In this document: positions 28,334-38,744 of the stretch, in pieces
How the letters are laid out: each line of letters opens with the position of its first letter
Numbering within the stretch: the stretch's first letter is position 1
Source of the DNA: Promethearchaeia archaeon
GTDB taxonomy: Archaea; Asgardarchaeota; Lokiarchaeia; Sigyniarchaeales; SOKP01
Assembly (NCBI GenBank): GCA_046483985.1
Contig: JAWOCD010000016.1
Span: 1 to 64,000, forward strand
Length of the DNA stretch: 64,000 nt
Reading direction: 5' to 3'
The notes under the pieces: generated by a model
Databases searched by the model: none
Told to the model about the DNA's origin: nothing
The model's input: only the letters and a program-made list of their open reading frames with translations
Position numbers and translations under genes: made by a program

Positions 28334-29764
28334 TTAACTTATCTTAAATGATTGTTTTCCCGTTTTTATTTCATATTCTTGGGAATTTATCATCAAGGTA
28401 TATGGTCTGTCAGACTTTACATTAACCCCTCCTTGTTCATAAATTAAGTCCGAACTTATATTTCCAAACTGAAGATTTTTTAACCCGTGCCGTTCTTTTT
28501 GGTATAGGTTCCATTTTATGTACTTTTTATGGGCATTTATCTCATAGATTCCCAGAATATTCTCGATAAAAAGAGATATCGGTCCCAGTGCTGACCACCC
28601 GCAGAATTCGGGGCGAAACACCTTTTTATTTTTCTTATAGGTTGCTGGTTTCGTCTCGGTGGGGGAATATACTTCCCAGATTGTATGTGGCTCGTATTTT
28701 TTATATGTTTCGACCATGTGAGTTAGTAAATCTACCGCAGCTCGATTTGCCATCTTGAAAAACCCGTACGTCTCTAGTGCTTTTGTTCCCATATATGCCA
28801 TCGGCAACCAAACGCCCCCCCGCCAATATTGTCCTTCAGGATTAAAATCTTTATCATCTCGCGATACGGACGGCCATGGGGGTATTCCGCCAAAACAAGT
28901 AGGATCTTTTATTTTTTTTGCTAACTTTTCTGCTTGTTTTTGAGAACAGATTTCTGCCAGCATTGGCCAATAAGTTGCGGGAGTTTTTACCTTTATCTGC
29001 TTTTCGGGTGTTTTCCGGTAAATATCATAATATATTCCATCGCTTTCGTTCCAGTAATATTGATTTAGGAGTTCTTTGATTTTTTGATATTTTTTTTTAT
29101 ATTTGCGATATATTGATTTGTTTCTCAGAACATTTGCAATTTTCATAATATACCTTGCAGATAATCCTTGTTGTGCCAATAGGTCAAACCATAACATTTT
29201 TCGCGTTTTATTTCTCCCTCGGGGTGTATTATCCATCCCGCTCGCTATTCCTCTCCATTGAAATCCAAACTTTCGTTTACGTGCAAAGGTGCAAACCCTA
29301 CCTGCTTTTTTAAGATGATATCGCTTACAATTTTCGATATAGTTGAAATGTTTCTGTAAAAACCTTTTCTCCACCAAAAGCCAATTTAATCGATCAAGAT
29401 CAGCCGTTAATTTAAAATTCTCATACTCCACCCAAGCAAAAAGGGGTGGATTATCCACATGTTGAATCTTTAGAGGACTTTTGACCCCTTCATGCAAGGG
29501 ATAATAAAAATTATTAAGGCTTTCTGCAGAAGGAAAGAGCCGAAATGCATATCTGCAATATAGAGCCATAAAACATGTATCCCAAATCCAAATTATGTCC
29601 TCATTTAGAGCCTCGTCAATATACGGAGATTGCGGAGCATCCTCATTGGTGAGCACCTGCTTCCAAGCCAATTCCCATGCTTTCCAATATAAATCCACAA
29701 AATCTTGATTAGGAAAAATTGGTTTTGGTATGAGAGACTTATTAAATTCTCCTTTTCGAGCCAT
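28334..29764 (-). CDS. GH63/trehalase-like (alpha/alpha)6 glycoside hydrolase
   Basis: IWIWDTCF, NPPLFAW, SGMDNTPR, YWRGGVW, TIWEVYSP, FCGWS. Confidence 0.85.
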   Translation of the reverse strand: MARKGEFNKSLIPKPIFPNQDFVDLYWKAWELAWKQVLTNEDAPQSPYIDEALNEDIIWIWDTCFMALYCRYAFRLFPSAESLNNFYYPLHEGVKSPLKIQHVDNPPLFAWVEYENFKLTADLDRLNWLLVEKRFLQKHFNYIENCKRYHLKKAGRVCTFARKRKFGFQWRGIASGMDNTPRGRNKTRKMLWFDLLAQQGLSARYIMKIANVLRNKSIYRKYKKKYQKIKELLNQYYWNESDGIYYDIYRKTPEKQIKVKTPATYWPMLAEICSQKQAEKLAKKIKDPTCFGGIPPWPSVSRDDKDFNPEGQYWRGGVWLPMAYMGTKALETYGFFKMANRAAVDLLTHMVETYKKYEPHTIWEVYSPTETKPATYKKNKKVFRPEFCGWSALGPISLFIENILGIYEINAHKKYIKWNLYQKERHGLKNLQFGNISSDLIYEQGGVNVKSDRPYTLMINSQEYEIKTGKQSFKIS

Positions 29765-29774
29765 AAATCCTCTC

Positions 29775-31193
29775 CTATGGTAGGTGTTTTAATACAGTAA
29801 ATAAAATTCTATGCAGATATTTATTCCTCATTAAAAAGGAAACAAGACTTTCGAGCGGGGAATAAATACTTTCAAACAATTTGATCTGTCCCCATTTCTC
29901 TAACACCCTTTTTTGCGGTTTGACTTTTCCGTTTAGGAGGGGATCATCGGTTTTTTCCATCCATTTTTGAAGCTCCTGCTTTAATTCTTTGATTTTCTCG
30001 TGATACGCGGGATGATTAATTAAATTCTTTTTTTCGTGGGGATCTTTTTCTAAGTCATAGAATTCCTCATATGGACAGGAGGTTTTTGTATAATAGTTTT
30101 GCATTACCTTCCCTGACCCGTCTTTGTAGATGTCTTTGGGCATGTGAAAGAGGGTCCGCAATTTTTCGAAATTTTTGATGTATTTATAACGTTTAGTTCT
30201 TACAGAACGAATGGGATGGTATATCTCATGAAAGGTCTTCTCTGTATATATCTCATTTCGGGTTTCTTGCTTTTCTCCGCGTAAAATAGGGAGAAAACTT
30301 TTTCCTTCCAGATCATTGGGAATTTCTGCCCCTATGAGATCTAATAAGGTGGGCAGTAAATCTATGTTGCTAATCAAGGATTCACATATTTTTCCTCCAT
30401 TAAATAAGGGGGATTTTGGCCATTTCATAAGTAAAAGGATCTTTATTCCTGGATCATATAGGGTACATTTTGCCCTGGGAAAAGCTTCTCCGTGATCGGT
30501 GGTGTAGATGAAAAGGGTGTTTTCCTCAAGTCCGAATTTTTTTAGTGCGTTTGTCAATTTTCCGATAACTTGGTCAACGGACTGAATAGCCCCATAAAAC
30601 TCTGCGATATCCCTCCTTACCAGACCGTGGTCTGGTAAATACGGAAACACTTTTATCGTTTCTGAGTCCACGCCTTCTCCAAATACGGGATAAGGACGGT
30701 GAACTTCTGGCGTTCCAATACAGAGAAAAAAGGGCTTTTCATCATCCTTATGCTTTTGTAAAAAGCGTACATACTCATCTACGAGCATTTGGCATGAATA
30801 TTGTGGCTCCGGACCCCGTTTGCTGAATGTATCGTATCCTAGGGTTTTCACGTCCCGTACTTCATGTTGAAATCCCATTAAATGAGTTGTATATCCATTT
30901 TCTCCTAAAAACATGGGGATGGTTTTATTTGATGCGGGTAATGTCCATCCTCGATTTACTAACCCCATTAATCCGTTTTGATGGGGGTATTTGGATGTTT
31001 GCATCCCTCCTCTGCTTGGACTGCATTGTGGTGCAGTACAAAAACTATTTGTAAAGTGAATACCATGATTTCCAATTTCGTCAATATTTGGGGTATTTAA
31101 TGAATTGGGTGTCCTTTCTGAATCATAAATCCCCACATATTGCCCTTGATCATGGGTAATAAATATAATTAAATTTGGTTTTTCTGGTGCCAT
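29775..31193 (-). CDS. Sulfatase (Cys-type, sulfamidase-like)
   Basis: PNLIIFITHDQG, CSPSR formylglycine motif, TTDHG, EEFYDLEKDPHE. Confidence 0.93.
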   Translation of the reverse strand: MAPEKPNLIIFITHDQGQYVGIYDSERTPNSLNTPNIDEIGNHGIHFTNSFCTAPQCSPSRGGMQTSKYPHQNGLMGLVNRGWTLPASNKTIPMFLGENGYTTHLMGFQHEVRDVKTLGYDTFSKRGPEPQYSCQMLVDEYVRFLQKHKDDEKPFFLCIGTPEVHRPYPVFGEGVDSETIKVFPYLPDHGLVRRDIAEFYGAIQSVDQVIGKLTNALKKFGLEENTLFIYTTDHGEAFPRAKCTLYDPGIKILLLMKWPKSPLFNGGKICESLISNIDLLPTLLDLIGAEIPNDLEGKSFLPILRGEKQETRNEIYTEKTFHEIYHPIRSVRTKRYKYIKNFEKLRTLFHMPKDIYKDGSGKVMQNYYTKTSCPYEEFYDLEKDPHEKKNLINHPAYHEKIKELKQELQKWMEKTDDPLLNGKVKPQKRVLEKWGQIKLFESIYSPLESLVSFLMRNKYLHRILFTVLKHLP

Positions 31194-31295
31194 TTTCTCA
31201 TCTTTTCACTTCTTCTTAAACCTTATATATATATAATATAGAAGGTGATTATTCAATAAAAATTATAATTATATAATGCTTCAGACTAATATCTT

Positions 31296-31429
31296 AGCAT
31301 TAATATACTTCGTAATTATAAAAGAAGGAGAACCTTACTTTACGGTGGGAGAACCAACCTGTATTGTCTAATGTAATGATTACGCATTAGAGAAGATGAA
31401 TCTCACGACTTTAGGCGTGAGTAGTTCAA
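31296..31429 (+). mobile_element. IS200/IS605 remnant (tnpB tail, omega-RNA region, right end)
   Basis: AGCATTAATATACTTCGTAATTATAAAAGAAG (SINILRNYK) shared with the 18842 copy; ends CACGACTTTAGGCGTGAGTAGTTCAA. Confidence 0.8.
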
Positions 31430-31580
31430 AACAGATAGTAGATATGTCAAGTTTGTGATAAAAAATAAAAATTTTATAATATTGACAAATAATTAATACA
31501 AATATTAATTTAAAAAATTAATACATATTAAATCATAAATACAATAAACTAAAAACAATCAATAAGCAGAGAGAATTATT

Positions 31581-31862
31581 ATGTCTAAAGATGAGAATGC
31601 CGTTTACATTGGTAAGAGACCCACCATGAATTATGTAATGGCTGTGATGATGGTTTTAGAGAAAGATGAGGATTGTGTTGTCAAGGCCCGCGGTCGTGCA
31701 ATTTCACATGCCGTTGATGTCTGCGAAATTTTACGCCATCGATTTATGGAAGGCGTGGAGTATAAAGATATTATTATTACGACGGAACAACTAGAATCCG
31801 ATGACGGCAAAGTTAACAATGTCTCGAGTATGGAGCTTATCCTTTCACCCCCTCCAGAATAA
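31581..31862 (+). CDS. albA: DNA/RNA-binding protein Alba
   Basis: VYIGKRPTMNYV, KARGRAISHAVDV, VSSMELIL. Confidence 0.96.
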   Translation: MSKDENAVYIGKRPTMNYVMAVMMVLEKDEDCVVKARGRAISHAVDVCEILRHRFMEGVEYKDIIITTEQLESDDGKVNNVSSMELILSPPPE

Positions 31863-31980
31863 TCAATCCAACACAAACATCTAACACATACATTTCCGTT
31901 ATTATTTTTTTTAATTTTTATTTTGACTCTCAACCTAAAACCGTTCTAAAAGAAGAATTTTATCATAGACGGCAAAAGAA

Positions 31981-32006
31981 AACGTCCTTAGGCGCGAGTA
32001 GTTCAA
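31981..32006 (+). mobile_element. Isolated IS200/IS605 right-end fragment
   Basis: CGTCCTTAGGCGCGAGTAGTTCAA matches the other right ends. Confidence 0.65.
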
Positions 32007-32072
32007 ATATCCATCTTAGATATATATATTCCAAGATATTTAGTATTCTATAAAAAACTCCAAGTTAAAAAA

Positions 32073-32621
32073 ATGATAGTAGCCATCACCGGTGCTTCAG
32101 GAGTAACTATTGCGGTTAAATTACTTGAAGTACTTAAAAAACAGCATATTGAAACAGAATTAATCATCTCAAAAGCAGCAGAGAAGGTAATTGAATTAGA
32201 ATCCAAATTTAAAATATCCGATATCCAAAACTTAGCAACAAAAACTTACCAAGAAGATGATTTAACCGCACCTCCTTCAAGTGGTTCTTATAAATTTAAA
32301 AAGATGGTTATTGTTCCTTGTTCCATGAAGACTCTCTCCGCGATTGCTCACGGTTATGCCGATAATCTAATCACAAGAGCAGCCGATGTAGCAATAAAAG
32401 AAAAAAGGGAACTTGTTCTCGTGGTAAGAGAAAGTCCTTTAAGTTCGATACATTTGGAAAATATGTTAAAGCTAGCGAGATTAGGAATTATTATTGCACC
32501 ACCAATCCCCTCTTATTATATAAAACCAAAATCTGTTGAGGAACTTAATGATCAATTGGTTGGGCGTATTTTAGATTTGATAGACATTGATATTGATATT
32601 AAAAGATGGGGAAGTTTTTAG
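32073..32621 (+). CDS. ubiX: Flavin prenyltransferase UbiX
   Basis: AITGASG, SSGS, VPCSMKTL, NLITRAADV..KEKRELVLVVRESP. Confidence 0.95.
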   Translation: MIVAITGASGVTIAVKLLEVLKKQHIETELIISKAAEKVIELESKFKISDIQNLATKTYQEDDLTAPPSSGSYKFKKMVIVPCSMKTLSAIAHGYADNLITRAADVAIKEKRELVLVVRESPLSSIHLENMLKLARLGIIIAPPIPSYYIKPKSVEELNDQLVGRILDLIDIDIDIKRWGSF

Positions 32622-32675
32622 AGAAATTTTAGTAAAATCTATTAAATATTATTCACCTTTTGGAGGTAGATTTAA

Positions 32676-33932
32676 TTGAGAACTTTTTTGGAAAAAATTA
32701 GTATTAAAAAACATGAAGAACGCATTGGAATTAATCAAATTGCCGGAGAGATTAAGAATTCAAGGGAAACCCCTACGCTTTATGAAGTAAAAGAATATGA
32801 TTTTGAGATCTTAGCAGGCTTGATCAATAATCGGAAAAAAATAGCAGCAGCATTAGATATCTCCCAAGAAAAAATCATTCCACATATTCTGAGTAAACTG
32901 AATAGAATTAAGAAGTACAAAATCAAAAAAGCGGCTCCATTTTTACAGAACAAGATTCAGTTAAATTCAAATAAGACCATTGACCAATTTCTACCCTTAA
33001 TTGATTTTTACGGAGGAAAAAAATACACAACTTCGAGCATCGTAATAGTTAATTATCCAAATGAAGATCGTCAAAATGCTTCTTTCCATCGTATGATGTA
33101 CCTCGATCAAAATAAATTTTCAATTCGAATTGTTGCTCAGCGGCATTTGGATAATGCATATCAATATGCAAGGCAAAATGATAAAGATCTTAAAGTTGCT
33201 GTTATTTTTGGAGTCCATCCCGCGATAGAAATTGCTTCTGCCTTTTCAGCTCCAGAAATGGATGAATTAGAATTAGCGGCATCCTTTTTAAATAAACTTG
33301 ATATGTATAAACTTCCTAATGGTATTTTGGTTCCATGTGGAACTGAGTTTGTATTAGAAGGAAGAATTACCTCTGAGTTTGCTGATGAGGGCCCATTTAT
33401 CGATTTGACGGGAACTGTCGATAGGATTAGAAGACAACCCGTTCTGGAAGTGGATTGTATCTATTTTAGAGAAAAACCCATCTTTAGAACAATTTTACCG
33501 GGCGGCAGAGAACACAAGATGTTAATGGGAATTCCACAAGAGCCAAGAATTTTCAAATATGTTTCAAATACGATTCCCACTGTGAGGAATGTCATTTTAA
33601 CCCAAGGTGGGTGTTCTTGGCTTCATGCAGTCGTTCAAATCGAAAAAAGGACGGAAGGTGATCCGAAAAATGCTGTTTTAGCTGCATTAGCAGCCCATCC
33701 AAGTTTAAAACGGGTGATTGTGGTTGATGAAGATATCAATATTATCGATCCCCATGATGTAGAATGGGCTCTGGCAACACGATTCCAACCAGATAAAGAT
33801 CTCTTGCTTGTTTCCAATTCCAAAGGCTCCTCATTAGATCCTTCATCAGAGAACTCTCTAACTTGTAAGTATGGTATGGATGCCACCAAGCCAATAACTG
33901 ACAATGAAGAATTTAATAAAGCTGATATTTAA
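32676..33932 (+). CDS. UbiD-family decarboxylase, probably anhydromevalonate phosphate decarboxylase
   Basis: EFVLEG, EGPFIDLTG, GGCSWLHAVVQI, VVDEDI..VEWALATRFQ, GSSLDPS; clustered with ubiX and aconitase X genes. Confidence 0.88.
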   Translation: MRTFLEKISIKKHEERIGINQIAGEIKNSRETPTLYEVKEYDFEILAGLINNRKKIAAALDISQEKIIPHILSKLNRIKKYKIKKAAPFLQNKIQLNSNKTIDQFLPLIDFYGGKKYTTSSIVIVNYPNEDRQNASFHRMMYLDQNKFSIRIVAQRHLDNAYQYARQNDKDLKVAVIFGVHPAIEIASAFSAPEMDELELAASFLNKLDMYKLPNGILVPCGTEFVLEGRITSEFADEGPFIDLTGTVDRIRRQPVLEVDCIYFREKPIFRTILPGGREHKMLMGIPQEPRIFKYVSNTIPTVRNVILTQGGCSWLHAVVQIEKRTEGDPKNAVLAALAAHPSLKRVIVVDEDINIIDPHDVEWALATRFQPDKDLLLVSNSKGSSLDPSSENSLTCKYGMDATKPITDNEEFNKADI

Positions 33933-35074
33933 TGTTTCTGACCAAAGAAGAAGAGAATATTTTGGATGGAAAATTGGGACCAATTAAGGCGAAAGCGATG
34001 CGTATTCTCGCTACATTGGGAGATATTTTTGAGGCCGATAAATTATTACCTATTGAATCAGTTCAAGTTTCAGGAGTTTCTTATAAAACAATTGGCGATG
34101 CCGGATTAAACTTTCTCGAAGATTGGTCGACTGCGAATGTAGTTGTTGATACCCGGATGAATCCTGCGGGGATGGATCTTACCGATTGGAAAGAAATGGG
34201 AATTTCTGAAGAGTTTGCTAATAAACAATTAAGGATAATAGAAGCCCTTACATCTATGGGAATTAAAAAAAGTTGTACTTGTACACCTTATCATGCAGGC
34301 TTGATCCCGCGAAAAGGTACTCATATTGCTTGGTCCGAATCGTCTGCCGTTGTTTTTGCTAATTCCGTTTTGGGTGCAATGACTAATAGAGAAGGAGGCC
34401 CTAGTGCTCTTTCGGCTGCGCTAATAGGGAAGACTCCAAACTATGGAATGCATTTAAAGGAAAATAGGATTGCCGAAATTATCTTTGAAGTCGATTTTGA
34501 TCTTTCATCTTTAGATTTCTCATTATTAGGGTATTATATCGGGAAGAAGTCTAAAAATAAAATACCTGCAATAACGGGAATAGAAAATGCAACTCAAGTA
34601 CAATTAAAAGCATTAGGGGCTGGAGCAGCGGCATCTGGTGGAGTCCCCCTATTCATGATAAAGGATATCACTCCCGAATATAATACAATAGACTCACCAG
34701 AAAATATAAAGGTTTCCTATAATGACTTAACTCAAATTCAAGAAGATCTAACAAATTGTAATGCTCCAGATATTATCAGCTTTGGTTGCCCTCATTGCTC
34801 GCTGGAAGAGGTCAAGGAAATAATCGAAAATATAAATACAGATAAAGAAATTTGGATTTGTACTACCCGCGAAATTAAAGCACAATTTAAGGAAACCCCA
34901 TCGAATGTGAAAATTTTATCTGATACATGTATGGTGGTCGCTCCCGTGGAACAATTAGGGATTAAATGTTTAGCGACAGATTCAACTAAATCCGCGCATT
35001 ATTCCCAGAATTTATCTAAAATCAAAACAATTGTTAATTCAAGAGAAGAACTTTTAAATGAAATTAAAAGGTAA
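33932..35074 (+). CDS. Aconitase X catalytic subunit, probably phosphomevalonate dehydratase large subunit
   Basis: SGVSYKTIGDAG, SCTCTPY, AWSESSAVVFANSVLGAMTNREGG, GCPHCS, DTCMVVAP. Confidence 0.92.
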   Translation: MFLTKEEENILDGKLGPIKAKAMRILATLGDIFEADKLLPIESVQVSGVSYKTIGDAGLNFLEDWSTANVVVDTRMNPAGMDLTDWKEMGISEEFANKQLRIIEALTSMGIKKSCTCTPYHAGLIPRKGTHIAWSESSAVVFANSVLGAMTNREGGPSALSAALIGKTPNYGMHLKENRIAEIIFEVDFDLSSLDFSLLGYYIGKKSKNKIPAITGIENATQVQLKALGAGAAASGGVPLFMIKDITPEYNTIDSPENIKVSYNDLTQIQEDLTNCNAPDIISFGCPHCSLEEVKEIIENINTDKEIWICTTREIKAQFKETPSNVKILSDTCMVVAPVEQLGIKCLATDSTKSAHYSQNLSKIKTIVNSREELLNEIKR

Positions 35075-35444
35075 AACAATCGTTCCGGGGAAGGTAACGG
35101 CATATAGTCTAGTTAGTTCAGCCCCCATTTCGTTTCTTGGAGATATTGATTCCAATTCGGGGGAAATAGTAGATAAAAGAAATTCTCTGTATGAGGAATC
35201 GATAGTTGGAAAAGTTTTTGTATTCCCACATGGAAAAGGCTCTACTGTGGGTACATATGTCATATACCAGCTTCAGAAAAATGCGAAAGCTCCAGCGGCA
35301 ATAATTAATACACAAGCAGAAGCGATTGTGGCTGTAGGAGCAATTATCTCTGATATTCCCATGATACAAGAAATAGATATGGATAAAATTCCCCATGATA
35401 AAGAAATTTTTGTAAATGCCACCGAGGGATATATTGAATTTTAA
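35058..35444 (+). CDS. Aconitase X swivel subunit (DUF126), probably phosphomevalonate dehydratase small subunit
   Basis: ISFLGDID..GEIVD, GKGSTVGTYV, APAAII; overlaps the large-subunit stop. Confidence 0.92.
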   Translation: MKLKGKTIVPGKVTAYSLVSSAPISFLGDIDSNSGEIVDKRNSLYEESIVGKVFVFPHGKGSTVGTYVIYQLQKNAKAPAAIINTQAEAIVAVGAIISDIPMIQEIDMDKIPHDKEIFVNATEGYIEF

Positions 35445-35455
35445 AAAATATTACC

Positions 35456-35817
35456 TTGAAGCCCCCTAAAAGAAGGGAATTCCTACGATTCCATTAAACG
35501 TTTGCTACTGGGCATATCTTGGGGCTGTGTGTCATAAAAGATACTATCCATCTATCCAGAAAGGATCCCTCCCTCAAAGAGGGCTGATGCAAGAGGCCAG
35601 CAGACGTGAGAAATTTGGGTCTGATGTTAACGGCTGAATTCAAGTCCCGATCCATTCCGTGACCACAGTGGCAAATAATAGAGCGTTTGGATATTTTTGT
35701 TTGACTCGTTTCCCGCATTTCGCACATGTTTGTGTTATATAGGATTCATCAATTTTTACTAATCTTTTTTCTATTTTTCATGCCTTATATGTTAAAATTG
35801 GACAAATCTACCCAATG
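35456..35817 (-). mobile_element. tnpB: Frameshifted tnpB pseudogene with IS right end
   Basis: Minus-strand fragments LTYKA*KIEKRLVKIDESYITQTCAKCG and CHCGHGMDRDLNSAVNI; ends ...TTTAGGGGGCTTCAA. Confidence 0.82.
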
Positions 35818-35877
35818 AACCTCAGACTTCTTTCGCTATAAGTTAAATTTTTTTAAGATTTCGCATTTATTAACTCA

Positions 35878-36594
35878 ATGAACGAAAACGATAAAAAGGA
35901 ATTCTCACGCATACAAGAACTGGAAAGTATAAATCTCTCAACGGAAGCAAATAGAGATTCAGTTGTCCAGACAAAAAAGCAAGTCGCAGCGGACAATAAG
36001 CAGCTTGCCGATCATATTAACGCATCTTTTCGTGAGCATAGTATTAAATCATTCGATATTGTGGGTGCCATTGGTGCGGGAAAGACTGCCTTAATAGAGA
36101 ATATTTGCGAGAAACTTCCTCCATCGCAACGCATATTAGTGGTATGTGGGGATGTGACCACGCGAGTAGACGCGGATAGAATTGAGCAGCATGGGGCAGA
36201 AACCGTTCAAATTAGTACGGGCAGGGAATGTGCCTTAAATGCTTACCATGTCCTTCAAATCATTAAAAATAAGGATCTGGATAATTATGATATCGTGTTT
36301 GTTGAAAATGTTGGGAATCTTATTTGTCCTTCTGAATTTACTCTCGGAACAGATATGCGTATTACTGTGGTCTCTGTCACGGAGGGAGAATGGGTGGTGG
36401 AAAAGCATCCAATGCTTTTTAAAATGTCTGAAATCGCAATAATTAATAAAGTTGATTTAGCCGAAGTGTTGGGAACGGATTTACGGAAGATGGAAGAAGA
36501 CGCAAAAAAAATCAATCCGGATATTGAAGTCCTCTTTACCAGCGCAAAAACGGACAAAAATATTAATAAACTTATTAGCGCGATGGGATTATAA
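35878..36594 (+). CDS. hypB: Hydrogenase nickel incorporation GTPase HypB
   Basis: GAIGAGKT, DADRI, ENVGNLICP, SVTEG, NKVD, SAK. Confidence 0.9.
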   Translation: MNENDKKEFSRIQELESINLSTEANRDSVVQTKKQVAADNKQLADHINASFREHSIKSFDIVGAIGAGKTALIENICEKLPPSQRILVVCGDVTTRVDADRIEQHGAETVQISTGRECALNAYHVLQIIKNKDLDNYDIVFVENVGNLICPSEFTLGTDMRITVVSVTEGEWVVEKHPMLFKMSEIAIINKVDLAEVLGTDLRKMEEDAKKINPDIEVLFTSAKTDKNINKLISAMGL

Positions 36595-36626
36595 ATATAA
36601 TAGAATAAAGTAACTGTGATTATAAA

Positions 36627-37058
36627 ATGGAAAAGTTAGAAAAGATTAACGATTTACTCAAACAGAAGGAGATAAATGTCGAGCGGGTAAAAGACTGTTT
36701 TGAAACTGTTTTAAAGAAAGAGATATCATATTCTCATAAAATCTCTAAATTTGAAGGAGATTTTCCAACCTTTATTGAGCCCGTCTATATCGGAGAAAAT
36801 GTTAAAATCGGGGATGACGTGATGATTGGTCCAAATGTGTATATTGGAAAGAATGTCACAATCTCGGATTATGTAGAAATAACAAACACTATTATTTTAG
36901 ACGGTGTCACCATTGGAGAAAATCTCTTTTTTGAAAAGTGTATTGTGGGAGAAGGGAGCAATCTTAACTTTCGCAACGCTCGTATCAAAAACAAGATTAT
37001 TCTGGGAGAGGGCCAAAGTCTTGATGAAATAAAACAAGTTCCCATTATAATAAAATAA
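36627..37058 (+). CDS. Left-handed beta-helix (hexapeptide repeat) protein
   Basis: PVYIGENVKIGDDVMIGPNVYIGKNVTI repeats. Confidence 0.8.
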   Translation: MEKLEKINDLLKQKEINVERVKDCFETVLKKEISYSHKISKFEGDFPTFIEPVYIGENVKIGDDVMIGPNVYIGKNVTISDYVEITNTIILDGVTIGENLFFEKCIVGEGSNLNFRNARIKNKIILGEGQSLDEIKQVPIIIK

Positions 37059-37076
37059 AATTTAACGATCTGCGAA

Positions 37077-37104
37077 AGAAGTCCCCATCCCTTTAGGGTG
37101 GGGA
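37077..37104 (+). mobile_element. IS200/IS605-type terminal hairpin
   Basis: TCCCCATCCCTTTAGGGTGGGGA stem-loop with the CTTTAGG loop shared by the other copies. Confidence 0.65.
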
Positions 37105-37364
37105 TACGAACTTGATAAAGGTGCTCATTCGGTGTATTCATAATTCTTAACCAAGAAACCGATCTTGATCACATACACATTATATTCAAAACGAAACCAC
37201 GACACACCTTACAAAATTCATCAATTCGTTGAAAGGAGTATCTTCACGATACCTTTTTCAAGAATTTCCAGAGATAAAAGAAAAATTAATGGATGGGCAT
37301 ATATGGTCTCCGAGTTATCTCTTGGTTACGACCGGTCAAGTTACATTAGATCAATTGAAAAAAT

Positions 37365-37586
37365 ATGTTGAATATTGGTCTTCTTTCAAATAAAATGGTG
37401 ATTATCAGGGCTGTTGCAGTTGTTGCTACAATGATCTTAATTCTCTATATTCCTCTCTTTCAAGCAATATTTCAAGTAATCCCACTACAACCAGGGGATT
37501 GGGTCTTAGTTCTATTTGTTTCCTTCGCGGCTACTTTTTGGATTGAACTCGTAAAGATCTACAGAATTGAAGCCTCCTTTCCCTAA
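37365..37586 (+). pseudogene. C-terminal fragment of a P-type cation-transporting ATPase
   Basis: LLSNKM..ILYIPLFQAIFQVIPL...DW......IELVK resembles the ATPase C-terminal TM hairpin; no upstream domains; 3' end runs into an IS end. Confidence 0.65.
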
Positions 37587-37605
37587 AGGAAGGGGAATGA
37601 AATTC
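37567..37605 (-). mobile_element. IS200/IS605 right end
   Basis: Minus strand reads ATTCCCCTTCCTTTAGGGAAAGGAGGCTTCAA. Confidence 0.65.
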
Positions 37606-37676
37606 TATTTCGAGAAATAATAATTCTTTATTTTTTTAAATTTTCAATTCTTAGAAGAAATAGGATGTGAAAAAAA

Positions 37677-38744
37677 ATGAAATTTGTTGAATATTCAAAA
37701 AATTGTAAGCCGAAAATTGATGATCAATTGGGGGATTTTCTAAAGAGTCAAAAAGAAAGAGTAAATCATCCATTTCTTGAGGCCTATTATGAAGAATTGG
37801 GAGAATATCTTCTAACGGGAGGGAAGAGAATTAGACCCTTATTAACAATTGCCACTTACCGGGGGTTTTCTTCTGGAAACGATGACAAAATACTCTTTCC
37901 AAGCATCGCTGTGGAACTTCTTCATAATGCGTCATTAATTCATGACGATATCATCGATAATGATGAATTAAGACGAGGGAAGCCTGCATTTCACTTTCGC
38001 TTTAAAAATTACCATGAAACTCATCAATTACCTTCAATGCAAGCTCAAGAATTTGGTTACAATATGGGAATATTGGGAGGAGATCAAGTCTATTTCTTGG
38101 GGCTTGAGCCCTTGAGCAACAATTCTTTTCCGGACACGCTGAATTTAGAAGCGATTAAACACTATAGAAATGTCTTTACGGAATTGTGCGAGGGTGTGCT
38201 AATTGAAATAGATATGCTTAACAGATCGGATGTGACAATTGAGAATTATATTAAGATGATTTCGCTTAAGACTGGAGCATTATTGGAAAAGTCAGTCTTA
38301 ATCGGTGCAACCTATGCAAATGCACCAGAAGAGATGCAAATATCCCTTTCGAAGTATGCGATTAATTTAGGAATTATTTTTCAAATCAAGGATGATATTC
38401 TTGGAACATTTGGAGATGAAAAATTAACGGGTAAACCGACGGATGGTGATATCCGAGAGGGTAAAAAAACTTCTCTCTTACTTGCCGCGAAAAACAAGTT
38501 AGATGATGATAAACGGCAACGCCTTGAGTCTCTTATCCAACAAGATGAATTAACGGAAAAGGATATAGAGGAGGTAAGAAACTTATTTAATCAAGCAAAT
38601 GCACTTAATTTTTGCAAAAATTTAGTTGACTCTCACTACAAGGAAGCCTTAGATGCACTTAAAAAGATTAAGCCGAGCTTTGCTTCAACTGAGTACCAAT
38701 TTTTACGTGATTTACTAGAATTTGTTTTTACGCGGGAATATTAG
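37677..38744 (+). CDS. idsA: Geranylgeranyl diphosphate synthase (polyprenyl synthetase)
   Basis: GGKRIRP, LIHDDIIDNDELRRG, KTGAL, FQIKDDILG, DIREGKKT. Confidence 0.92.
   Translation: MKFVEYSKNCKPKIDDQLGDFLKSQKERVNHPFLEAYYEELGEYLLTGGKRIRPLLTIATYRGFSSGNDDKILFPSIAVELLHNASLIHDDIIDNDELRRGKPAFHFRFKNYHETHQLPSMQAQEFGYNMGILGGDQVYFLGLEPLSNNSFPDTLNLEAIKHYRNVFTELCEGVLIEIDMLNRSDVTIENYIKMISLKTGALLEKSVLIGATYANAPEEMQISLSKYAINLGIIFQIKDDILGTFGDEKLTGKPTDGDIREGKKTSLLLAAKNKLDDDKRQRLESLIQQDELTEKDIEEVRNLFNQANALNFCKNLVDSHYKEALDALKKIKPSFASTEYQFLRDLLEFVFTREY

Noticed and set aside
37165-37371. 68-aa ORF between the IS hairpin and the ATPase fragment
   Set aside because: No motif; it lies in a decayed, IS-scarred interval.
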